Shown: positions 47,491-57,748 of the stretch, in pieces
How positions within the stretch are numbered: position 1 is the first letter of the stretch
Layout: each line of letters opens with the position of its first letter
Assembly: GCF_024521635.1 (NCBI RefSeq)
Contig: NW_026250407.1
Span: 1,302,001-1,366,000, forward strand
DNA: 64,000 nucleotides
DNA from: Tricharina praecox
Taxonomy: Eukaryota
Direction: 5' to 3'
Notes under the pieces: generated by a model
What the model saw: the letters and a program-made list of their open reading frames with translations, nothing else
What the model was told of the DNA's origin: nothing
The model's database searches: none
Program-made: the position numbers and the translations under genes

Positions 47491-50172
47491 ATGAAGTTCT
47501 CAACTTTCGTGGCAGTGGCCACCTCGGCCGCGGTCACGCTTTTTTCAGCCGGTGCCGAAGCTCAGCAACCAGTCAGCGGCTTCTACCCCGTCCGTGGACC
47601 CATCGTCTACGACAACCGCGTTGTGCGGCGATTGCCGCTGCAGTACATGGCCAGCGACCGGCCGGATATCTACAACATGTTTGTGTTGGCATTGGTAAGG
47701 ATATTCCCTCCCCATCCCGGTCTCGATCTCGGTTTCGGAATTGGACTCGGAATCGGGTGTCGGGCGCGCTCCATCGAACCGTACTAATTACCCTGCGGAA
47801 TATAGACAGATATGCAGAGCAATAAGCAGGAGACCGATCCCCTCTCCTACTACCAGATCTCTGGTATTCACGGTGTGCCTTTTGTTCCTTGGCAGGAGAC
47901 TTCCGTGGCCACGCAGGACGATTCCACTGGATACTGCACGCACACTTCAGTGCTTTTCGCCACTTGGCACAGACCTTTCCTTGCCCTGTTCGAGGAGCGT
48001 CTCCTCAAGCATGCCATCTACGTTGCGTCCAAGTTCACCGGTAGCTCCGCTGCACGGTACCAGGCCGCGGCCAGGAACGTCCGTCTGCCGTACTGGGACT
48101 GGGCCGCCGCCGACCTCCAGTCGCGCATGCCGCCGCAGCTCACCGCCACCAGTGTGACCGTCGTCCGCCCCGGTACCGGTGGTGTCCCCCAGACCGTCAG
48201 CATTGCCAACCCGCTCCGCGAGTACCGATTTACCAACGCCAACCTCCGCGCCGAGTGGATGGGCGACGGTGACTTCGGTCTGACCGACCGCACCCGCCGT
48301 CAGCCTCCCGTGAACATGGCATCCAGCAACAATGCCGCCGTCGACGTCGCCATGAACGAGGGTTTCACCTCGCGCAGGAACGCCGTCTTCGCCCTGTTCA
48401 CCATCCCCAGCTTCAGCGACTTCTCCGGAACCCAGTTGAACACCAACGGAAGCCCCAACGCCTGGAACTCGGTCGAGTCCATCCACAACAGCATCCACGT
48501 TCACATTGGTGGCCAGCGCGGTCACATGACGGCCGTTGCTTACTCTGCCGTAAGTCCCTTTTTCCGGGAGGAACGGATTTTTTATATTAACGGATTTGTG
48601 TAGTTTGACCCCATCTTCTGGCTGCACCACTGCAACGTCGATCGTCTGATCGCCATGTACCAGGCTGTCAACCCCGGTAGAGTCGTCGAGTCCCGCCCTG
48701 CTGCTGGCACTTTCCACAGACGTGTCGCCGACGGTAGCACCCTCATGGATACCATTGACACTCCCCTCGCGCCTTTCCGCAAGACCACCGGTACCTACTA
48801 CACCTCCCGTGATGTCTCGTCCGCCGACTCGATCTGGAACTTCGGATACTCGTACAGCGAGGTCCCCGACTCCTTCCGTGGTAACCCCACCGGTCTGCGT
48901 TCGTTCACCAGCTCCGAGATCAACCGTCTCTACAGCTCCGGCTCCACCAGCGCCAAGCGTGCCAACGAGCACACCCGCCGCGAGTGGATCTGCCACATGA
49001 CGTACGATATCGGCGAGCTCAAGGACTCTTCCATGATCAAGGTTTACTTCGACAAGCCCCCGTCCACCAACGGCACCTACGTTTCGCCAGTTGGCACCGC
49101 CATGCCTCCTAAGTCGACTGGCACCCCCGGCTCGTACGGCAACAGCACCTACGAGGGCCCCATCAGCCACGATGCCCACTTCGTCGGTTCCACCGCCTCG
49201 CTCAAGGACCCCAAGCACACCATGACCATGAACACCGCCGGTGCCGTCTACCTGAGCGATGCCCTGCTCGAGGCCGGATGCAAGTCGCTGAGCCCCGAGG
49301 ATGTCGTTCCTTTCCTCAAGGAGAGGCTGAGGTGGGTTGTCTCTATTGGAGGCCACACCGAGGTTCCCCTCAAGGAGCTGCCCTCGCTCAAGGTAGGTAT
49401 CTCGTCCGCCGAGGTTGAGTACCCCGAGGACGAGACCATGCTCCCCACCGTCGGAGAGTTCTTGACCCATTACGATGTCACCGAGCACAAGAAGTGCGGT
49501 TTCACCCTTGCAGACGAGGACCTCGTCGACTCGACCCCGGCCAAGCCCATCGCCGATGCCGTCGTCTCGCTCCTCCCCACCTACATCCGCCCCAAGCCTA
49601 CGTTCGTGCCTGAGGTCCCGACCTACCCCATCTACACTCCCGAGCCCACCTACGCGCCTGAGGAGCCCGTCGAGGAGCCCACTTCCGTCCCGACCTACGA
49701 GGAGCCCACTTCCGTCCCGACCTACGAGGAGCCCACTTCCGCTCCCGTCTACGAGGTGCCTACTTCCGTTCCTACCTACGAGGAGGCCACTTCCGTCCCG
49801 GTGTACGAGGCGCCCACCTCCGTCCCGACCTACGACGAGCCGACTTCCGTCCCGGCGTACGAGGCGCCCACCTCCGTCCCGACCTACGAGGAGCCGACTT
49901 CCGTCCCGGTGTACGAGGCGCCCGCGCCCAGCGTTCCCGTGTACGAGGAGCCCAAGACGTCCGCCACAGTCGGCGTCCCCGTCTACGGCGAGCCCGCGAC
50001 CACCTACGCGCCGGTCCCGGTCCCTACGTCGACCAAGGTCTACAACGGCGTGACCACCGTCGTCGTCAAGAGCTACACCACTGTCTGCCCGGCCACGTGT
50101 GAAATGCCCGTCACCACGGCCTTCACCTCCATCTACCCCGATGAGCCCCTGCCCACCTACAGTGTGTACTAA
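47491..50172 (+). CDS. Secreted tyrosinase (type-3 copper) with C-terminal domain and Tyr-rich repeat tail (~838 aa); exons 47491-47694, 47806-48549, 48604-50172
   Basis: Signal peptide. CuA: ISGIHG.P, YCTH...F.TWHRP. CuB: ES.HN.IH..IGG, FDPIFWLHHCNVDR. Also RLPYWDWA and the GYSY motif. Introns 47695-47805 and 48550-48603 are canonical. TATA near 47287. Confidence 0.95.
49675..49947 (+). repeat. Coding minisatellite, 27-bp unit encoding xPTSVP(T/V)YE, 9 copies plus one 10-aa variant
   Basis: EPTSVPTYE EPTSVPTYE EPTSAPVYE VPTSVPTYE EATSVPVYE APTSVPTYD EPTSVPAYE APTSVPTYE EPTSVPVYE APAPSVPVYE. Confidence 0.95.
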
Positions 50173-53100
50173 ATGTCTCCGCGCGTCTGTCTCACGAAAC
50201 GAAAAAGGCTTTTTTTTAGAAGGGATAAAGCAAGCAGAGAGGGGGAAATGGGGACTTAACAGTAATACCTAATCGCCGCCGCATTTTGGAATCGTTTATT
50301 TTCTTTTTCTTTTCATATCTTTTCGCCTTTTCCTTTCTTGTTCAGTCATTCATTTATCGGAGGTGTGTGTGTGAGTTTTATTTCATCCACGTTTTTTTGG
50401 ACAAAAGGGGATGATCTAGGTATGATGTCTATGGAGACGGGAAGAGGGGGGGGGAAATGGTTGAGTGTGGAGGTGAGGGGGATGTGGTTTTGGTTCTCTT
50501 CCAAGTATCTATTGAAATTCCATTATGTCTGTTTTGTCCCTTCATCGTCGCATATCATCATCGCACTGCATTGCACTGCATCTCTTGCATCTTTGTGCAT
50601 ACTTGCATCTTACACCTTACATACCACTAACTGTAGACCATATCACGCTCATCTGCGACTTTCTTTCCGCTTCCACTTCTGTTTTATATTTTGTTTTTGA
50701 TTTTTTCCGGTGACGTTTGAGTTGAGTTGCGTTGAGCGAGCCATATGATTTCCCCCTATTTCCCTTCAGGGGCCAGGGCCAGGACCGGTGCAGGGGCCGG
50801 GGTGGTTCAGGCACCAAACCGAGCAAGCGTTGCAACTCGCAAGCGAAGCGAGGATGGAGAGCACCCCCTTAACTAAGAAATAAAGAAGGAAAGAAGGGTC
50901 TGCACTTGCACATCAGATATTTGAGTAGCCTGGGACTGCGACTGGGGCCGGGACTGGGACTGGGAGTCGAGGAGGGGAGGAGGGGAGGCTAAGCGATAAT
51001 TGTTAATTGAGGCTGTGCTGAATTCAATTTTCACGTCATTTCGGCGGTCGCAGCTTGCTCCTTCCTGCTGCAGGTACGGAATGGAGGGTGGAAGGGCTGC
51101 AGCCTTGCTTCTGAATTCAGGCACCCCCTTCTCCCTTCTTCCTTCTTTTCCATCCCCTGTCGAGGGGGCCTGTGGTGTTTGGCTTGTGCTGGTGGGTGGT
51201 GCTGGTGGGTGTGCACTGTGGGTGTGTGAGACTTGAGTGGTGTGTGTGGTGTGCGTGATGTGTGTGTGTGTGAGGAAGTCATTACCGAGCCGTAAGACAT
51301 CGTCATCTCTCTTCTCTCTCTTTTTCTCTCTCTCTCTCGCTTTCTGTCTGTCTCGCCGCTGCACTTTGCGGTTTTGCTTTTGTTGTAGGGCCGTGTGGAT
51401 TGGTGTGGATGATGATCGGATGATCGACGAGGTGATTGGTGGTGATTGGAGCGGTAGATGCACCATGCATACATTCTTATGACTTACTTCTTACTTGGTT
51501 GCTCTAGACTCTAGAGTATTCCTTGGTATGCAGTACGATACTTATGCTGAGCGGTGCGCAAAAGGAAGCAAATGTTGAATTCTACATGAGTAAGTACCGG
51601 TAGGCACTGGATCCGTATACGAGAGGGAATGAGTTGGTGGCTTCTGGGTTGGTGGCTTCTGGGTTGGTGGCTTTTGGGGAGGGAGAGCAACGACGCATGG
51701 CCGCGCTGATACATGATAGGTAGAGTACTACATACATTCACATCATACCGGTAACTCCCGTACCTCCCGTACCGTATGTAGCTGAAATGAGCTCGTGTGT
51801 TGGAAGGGGGGCTGGACAGGTACCTGCATATCCTTATGCACCGTTGCGATCCGTGTCGCCGTGTCGCCGTGTTGCCGTGTCGCCGTGTCGCCGTGTTGTC
51901 GTGCATATCGTATCATATACCGTATGTACCGTATGTACCGTATGTACCGTATGTACCATGATTACTTGGGTATCATACGAAGAATATACCGTAGTCTAAA
52001 TATCTACATATCCAGAGGGCCGCGACATTCGTTTCATTGTTTCATTGTGTGCATCGCGAACGAAGCCACCCCACAGAAAGCAGCAAGCAGAGAGCAGCAA
52101 ACAGAAAACACAACAGCCAAGCACGATAGCCAAGCAACGTAGGTACTCGTCATATATGCACCGATTTCATCGTGTACACGCACTGCTCACTTACGTACGT
52201 ACTCCATGCATACATACGTGGGGCGGCAGGCGGTGGGCGGCCGTCCTGCTTGCTTCCTATCGATAAATATATGTACTCCAGGCATCTGCCGCTCTGGAAG
52301 CAGCATCGACTATCCCCCGCTCCCCCATACCCATCCCCGTCCCCGCAAAAGCGGTCGCGTTCCTGGAAACATAGCGACATAAGATAGGGGTATCAACAAC
52401 GGGGGGGGGCACGGACATTCGGGCCGGTGCTACTGTTGCTGCTGTTGCGACGACCTTGCAACCTTGCGACCCAGTCAGTTGTCTAGAGTACTCTATGTAA
52501 TCAGGCAATCGGACTAACGCATGTACATTGTGCGTTGTGCAGCTGTAACTATGCTTGCTTGTATGCTTGCTTGCATGCTTGCTTGCTTCCTTCCTTCCTT
52601 CCTTCCAGGCACCGTGTCATGCCATAACGGATGCTGTCAAGAGTCGAGACGATGTTTCCCGCCCTCTCCCTCGCGCCTCCCCCCCCCCCCCCCCCGGGGT
52701 GAAACGCGCACGCGCGCGGGCGGCGGAGTGCGGCGGAGTGCGGCGGCGGCGGGCACACGTATGATACTATGGAGAAGAGCATATATTACCAAGTACCTAG
52801 AGTGACTTCCTTCCCAGATGCCCATGACGGTACCCATCTATCCATCTCCCCTCCCCTGCAATGTGCATGCGAAGCTGACGGTTTTACGTACTACATAGTA
52901 TGTACCCAGTACTTGGGTGCAGCACTTCAGTCTTCAGCCGCAATCGGCACGGGTGCTTGCAAGTTGCTTGCAAGTTGCTTCACTTATGAGTTGTGCGGCG
53001 TGCGCATCACTCGTGGGTGATGCGTCGGTATGTATAGATGTACGCTGGGTGGCTGAGGACGGCGTGGTGCAGTTCGCCGTGCTCTGACGTCGGCGCGTCA

Positions 53101-53487
53101 GAGTGAGTATTGCGTACTGCGTGCACGGCGATGTGCTGTACACTGGTATCTACTGGTGTCTACTGGTAGCTACCGGTACTGGTAGTTACCTACCAGGTAG
53201 GTGCTCAGGTGCTCGATCGCTCTACATACAGAGAATTCCGCAGCGGGGCAGAGCAGTAACGCCACAGCTCTGAGCTCTGCGTGAGATCACCGGACACTGG
53301 ACAGGACTGGACGGAATGGGGAAGACAGGATGGAATTCCGATAGTCTGAGGCCGCGACGGAAACACTACTACCTATGTACAATACTCTATGCATGGTACG
53401 CCAGTACCCGTCAGGCTGTCACCTCCCAAGCCAGTCCTATCCCCTACCACAGTCCACGCGTGCTCACCCATCACACACAGCCACCCA

Positions 53488-53811
53488 TTACCCGTAGTCA
53501 TCCGCAGCCACCCACCGCTCGAACGCCAGCAGCCACTCCCTCGCGATGCGAAGAAAGCCATTCACCACATCCCAGCGCTCCTCCTGATCGACTTCAAAGA
53601 CCCCGTGCGTGGACTGCGCTTCGAGGTCCGAAAGCTCGTGCAGGAAGTCGCTGATGCCGTCTGGTGCGTCTGATGTGTCTGTTGTGGATGCTGCGGATGT
53701 GGCGGATGTGGGATTTTCCGGTGACTGCTGGTGGTGGTAGTGGTAGTGGTAGTGGTGGCGCTGGCGCTGGCGGAGGCGGAGGTGTGGGTTTGAGGGAGGT
53801 GAGGAGGACAT
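53488..53811 (-). CDS. Small hypothetical protein (107 aa), His-rich N-terminus and helical-looking C-terminus
   Basis: ISDFLHELSDLE...RWDVVNGFLRIAREWLLAFERW looks amphipathic. TATATA upstream near 54020. An overlapping frame from ATG ~53966 makes the start uncertain. Confidence 0.4.
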   Translation of the reverse strand: MSSSPPSNPHLRLRQRQRHHYHYHYHHQQSPENPTSATSAASTTDTSDAPDGISDFLHELSDLEAQSTHGVFEVDQEERWDVVNGFLRIAREWLLAFERWVAADDYG

Positions 53812-54860
53812 GATGGTGAGATCTAATTTCTGAAGCAAGATGTGGTGGTGGTGGTGGTGGTGGTGGTGCTGCTTCTGGTGGTGGTTTATCCGAGAACGTT
53901 TCGTGAGCGTAAACTGATGATGCTGATGGCTTTGGGGCGGATGGATGTGCAGTCTGTGTAGTCATTGAGGTTTCGAGGTTTCGAGGTTTGGCAGTTTCTC
54001 GAAGGTCCTGTCGTGGAAATATATAGCTCGAGCCTCGGCGGGGACATGGAATGTGACTGGTTACAGACTTACAGTGGCCGTCCATTCAAGCTGTTCGATC
54101 GCCGCGTATTGAATGTCGAGCAGTTGAATGGTGAGTACTGTTGTCCAGTCATTGATGACTATTTTTAAAGTGATACGTCTGGTGAGTTTAAAGTGGGGGA
54201 GGGGGGGAGGCAACTCAAACGCAGCTCGGCCACGATACGTGGACTTGCCGCATTCCTACATCGTCCCATGGGTGGTCACTCGCAAAGATATATAACACCA
54301 CCTGGTTGGCGGCGGCGGCGCCACGAGAAGACGGGAATCACCGAACGTAGGTAGGTAGATAGATACCTAAGGTAGCTGAGGACGCCTACCTACCTTATTC
54401 ACCTCGTAAGTTACCGGTTGCTTGTTTTTAACGTCCTATGTACCGGGAGTGTAGGAACGGATTTTGATATCTCGCTCCGGGCTCGTACTTTCTGTTAGAG
54501 GAGCTTCCGTTGAACTTCGCGGAAGTTCAAGATATAAGGTGTTGAAATTTCAAATGTATAGATAGAATGACAAAGATAATTGATTCGATACGGATAAAAC
54601 CTATCATCGGCGGCGAGGCCTCTCTTTTTATACATATATGAGGCGCCGCCTAAGGTTCGCCGCCGCGTACCCATATGTTCGTCGACAATCCGTTGCGGCA
54701 GTCGAGACCCAATCTTGACCTTCTACTGCGAAATCTTATTCGTGCCGACGTCTCCCGGCCCGGGCGACTAAAGTTTGACATAAGGTATGCACAATATACA
54801 TTGTACTGCACAAAGACCCCCATCTTGCGATTCCATGGTATGCGACGCACATACACAAGA

Positions 54861-54930
54861 GTTATTCGAGCAACGTTATTTGAGCAACGTTATTCGAGCA
54901 ACGGTATCCGAGCAGCAGTATCCGAGTAGC
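54861..54930. repeat. 5 x 14-bp minisatellite (GTTATTCGAGCAAC-like) abutting the left direct repeat
   Basis: Five progressively diverged 14-mers ending where homology with 59752 begins. Confidence 0.85.
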
Positions 54931-55325
54931 GATTAATCGATCTGGATGACGGGAATGAGCTTTGCTGGAAACGTTGACGTGCGGCGGCCAGCCTACCGAG
55001 TAGAATTCACTGGATGAATGTCCGATTTGGTTGCGATCCACGTACGGCAAGAATGGATGTGAGGAACTGCCTTTGGGTAAATATATCCCCGCACGAGATA
55101 TACCTACCTAAGTACTCAGCGACTGTTATCGTGAATGTACCTACCTACCTATGCCGTACACGATGGCGGGATCCCTTCGAGCCGCCCGTTACCGGTGAAT
55201 ACCAATCCTTCCGGCCACACCATGCCGGGCAGATAGACAGCAACTTCCTGGCGCGTGTCGTATCACGAAAACTCGTTCGTTTTCAGATGTACCTTTTGCA
55301 TAGGTAGCCGATTCCATCCGGAGCC
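54931..55325 (+). repeat. ~395-bp direct repeat, left copy
   Basis: Shares blocks such as AACGTTGACGTGC, GCGATCCACGTACGGCAAGA, AGCGACTGTTATCGTGAATGTACCTACCTAC and TAGCCGATTCCATCyGGAGCC with 59752-60150. Confidence 0.9.
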
Positions 55326-55628
55326 TCAAAGGGAAAACAGGCCAGAGACCTAGTAGGAGCGGACAGCGCCTTCGGACAACGACTGGTTATCCTCCTTGGA
55401 AACCCCGGACAGACAGAGGAGACAGTGCTATTAGACGAAGCTGAGGCTGAAGCACTGGATTTCACGGTCACCAAAGACGAGGCGAGCGTAGCCAAAACGC
55501 GCGCAGCAGGCCCACAACGCCCAGGGCTATCGATGTACACAGATGGATCACCATTGTGATCAGATGGTGCCCAGCAGTGGGCACACAAAGACGTCCCCGG
55601 GAATGAGAAGGCCGACGAATGGGCGGCA
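55326..55628 (+). mobile_element. Non-LTR (LINE, Tad-like) retrotransposon relic: internally deleted RNase H domain
   Basis: RPGLSMYTDGS (first RNase H motif) is joined almost directly to IVIRWCPA..HKDVPGNEKADEWA (last motif), with frameshifts. Confidence 0.8.
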
Positions 55629-56129
55629 CCACCACTACCCCGCCAACGTGGAGACTGATTTAAAAGAACAAACGTAGAACTCAAGGATTAATTTTTAAGA
55701 AACGCCGACTTCGGACTCCGCACATGAAGATTATCACTAAGCCCTCCTTCACATCCTCGTTTTCCCTCCCTTGCCTCCTTCCCGAGGCTTCCTAGTCCCA
55801 GTTCCGTTGTCTATAGAGCCCAATGTATTAGCTGCATGTCCCTCATCGCGTTCGGTGGTAGTCGGTGACCTGCCTAGTGATCTTCCTGGTGAATCTGCTG
55901 CTGGAAAGGAGTTACCACCCAGCGCGGGATCCACCGGAGTCTCCTCAGCCTTCGCGACTCCCATACGCTTTGCGTTCCCCTCCCTCCAGACAATGTTCCC
56001 TTTCTCGAAAGGGACGGTGACCTCGTAGAGCCATTATTGTGAATTGATATGGTTTGATTAAAGCGGATATTACGTGCCAATCTGCTGGTATGGCTTCGTA
56101 TCTCCCTCCTCCTGCGGCACCGCAAGCAC

Positions 56130-56245
56130 CTGATGATTGGTTAGTTACATAAGCCGGGGCAGTGATAAGAAGTGGCAACTTACGTCCCCGAAGGGATGAG
56201 GGAAATAATTCCCCCCCCCCCCTGATGTGGGTGCGGTCCCCGGCT
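56130..56245 (-). repeat. Exon-piece + intron cassette, copy 1
   Basis: GGGGAATTATTTCCCTCATCCCTTCGGGGAC|GTAAGTTGCCAC...TCACTGCCCCGGCTTATGTAACTAACCAATCATCAG. Confidence 0.85.
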
Positions 56246-56274
56246 TTTTGCCGGGAAACATCGTCTTCTCACAG

Positions 56275-56866
56275 TTGCAGCAGGCAAGCGGCCGTAGGCC
56301 GTAAAAATCCGCGGCATTCTGGATTCCGACCAGCCGGAATTCTTCATGCTCGGCAACCAACCCTGACGTGAGGAAACTGCTCCAAATGTCGGAGCGACAG
56401 AATGAGCAAGTCACGCTGGCGTCCTCCGTTTCGAACAGTTCCACGGTCGGGGGGTTGGTTGCCGCGAAGCACTCCGACAACATCAGCTAATCGAACCGGT
56501 TGGTTAGCTACATAAGCCGCGGCAGTGATACTCGTTAAGGGGCAACTTACGTTCCCGAAGGGAGGGGGGAAAACATTCCCCCCACTGTGGGTAAGGTCCC
56601 GGAAGGGATGGGGGAAATTATTTCCCCCGATGTCGCCGAGAAGCACTCGGACAACATCATCTGATCGAACAGTCGGAAGAGCTAAACAAAGTCACTCTCC
56701 ATCTGCGACTGGCTCATGGTAATGTCAGATGACCCTCCGCTCAGAACACGAGGGTACTCGCGCAAGGACTCGTGAACGATTGCCTTGCACTTGTACTGCT
56801 CGTTGCGACAGACCATGCGAGACTTGGCAAGCGATTCGAAAACGCATACTCGAGTGTCTCCACGGT
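56275..56866 (-). pseudogene. Fragment of a fungal JmjC-domain protein (region C-terminal to JmjC plus Cys-rich finger), split by cassette copy 2
   Basis: TVETLEYA/ESLAKSRMVCRNEQYKCKAIV...DF..LFRLF...MLSECF...VTCSFCRSDIW..FLT resembles, from memory, TVETLE.AL.EALPRARMVCRDEQYKNKAI...TCSYCRCNIFNRFLTC of ascomycete JmjC proteins. Not verified by search. Confidence 0.55.
56487..56632 (-). repeat. Exon-piece + intron cassette, copy 2 (exon piece doubled)
   Basis: GGNNFPHPFRDLTHSGGNVFPPPFGN|GTAAGTTGCCCC...TCACTGCCGCGGCTTATGTAGCTAACCAAC. Confidence 0.85.
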
Positions 56867-56890
56867 CACTGGAATCCGAGGGTGCAAACC

Positions 56891-56997
56891 CTCTGGTTGG
56901 TTAGCTAAATAAGCCGGGGCAGTGAGATTATGTGGCAACTTACGTCCCCGAAGGGAGGGGGAAAATTATTCCCCCCGCTGTGGGTAAGATCCCCGAC
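56891..56997 (-). repeat. Exon-piece + intron cassette, copy 3
   Basis: GDLTHSGGNNFPPPFGD|GTAAGTTGCCAC...TCACTGCCCCGGCTTATTTAGCTAACCAACCAG. Confidence 0.85.
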
Positions 56998-57539
56998 TTG
57001 TTTCAGGGAAGTATCTTCGTGCCGCGGCAGTGAATAATGGCCTTCAGGGGGCTGATGGGGCTGACCAGTGGCCGCTGGGTGAGTTGATGGTGGTTGATGT
57101 TGATGTCAATGTCAATGTCTGTGTTTGGGAGAGATAGAGAGCAGCGGAGAGAGCAGAGAGAGCAGAGCCTTTTATAAGGAAGGTGGGTGCGGCTTGGTGG
57201 GTGCGGCCGGTGCGGCCGGTACTGAGGCCGCATCACCGCACCCCCCCATCCCCCGCACACGCCGCGGAACTAGCCAACAGTGTCAAACGTTATTCGCTCG
57301 GAGATGTCGGCACGAATAAGGTGAGAGAGAGAACATCAATTTTTTCTCGCATGCGGCCTTTACTATCGTATGGCGACCACCACCTTCCCGACTTTTCCTG
57401 CCAGTTCCACGGGGTAGAGAGAAAGCTCTATCGCCTCGGCTCGATGCTACACCACTGGCTACCAAAACAAAACACCACCACGCTCGTTGTCCGCCTACTC
57501 CGCTATCTGCCACGACCACGCTCATTATCCGCACCAACC

Positions 57540-57662
57540 AAAGACACAGTACCTTACCAGACACTCCTGTTCGGCTCCGGAGGCATCGCTCCCCTCTTCG
57601 GCCTCCTCTTCTGCCGTTTCTTCCCCACCTTCGTCGTCCTTAGATATTCCAACACCCTTAGT
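57540..57662 (-). mobile_element. Possible LINE ORF2 C-terminal relic
   Basis: Minus-strand translation VLEYLRTTKVG followed by a purine-rich tract resembles the VL.FL..T.VG end of fungal Tad-like LINE ORF2. Confidence 0.4.
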
Positions 57663-57748
57663 TTTGTATATAACTTAGAGAGCCCTCGCCGCTCATGATA
57701 GGTTTTTTCAGTATCAATTCAATTATCTCTGTCGTTCTTCTATATATT

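Larger units (their letters stand above)
55749..57234 (-). pseudogene. Chimeric multi-exon pseudogene: TATA/5' block, three exon+intron cassettes and JmjC-family fragments
   Basis: Introns 56893-56943, 56487-56550 and 56130-56183 all read GTAAGT...RCTAAC...YAG. Repeated GGNxFPxPFG(D/N) peptide. Frameshifts and in-frame stops. Confidence 0.6.

Noticed and set aside
47947..49488. 513-aa antisense ORF over the tyrosinase (similar ones over HMG-CoA lyase, VPS39, the annexin and the Mug190-like gene)
   Set aside because: Shadow ORFs caused by strong C-ending codon bias of the real genes; no recognisable motifs.
54510..54650. Hairpin TTGAACTTC-GCG-GAAGTTCAA and a GC-rich inverted repeat flanking an AT tract
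   Set aside because: No Helitron CTAG end or matching partner terminus found; short palindromes are expected by chance in 64 kb.
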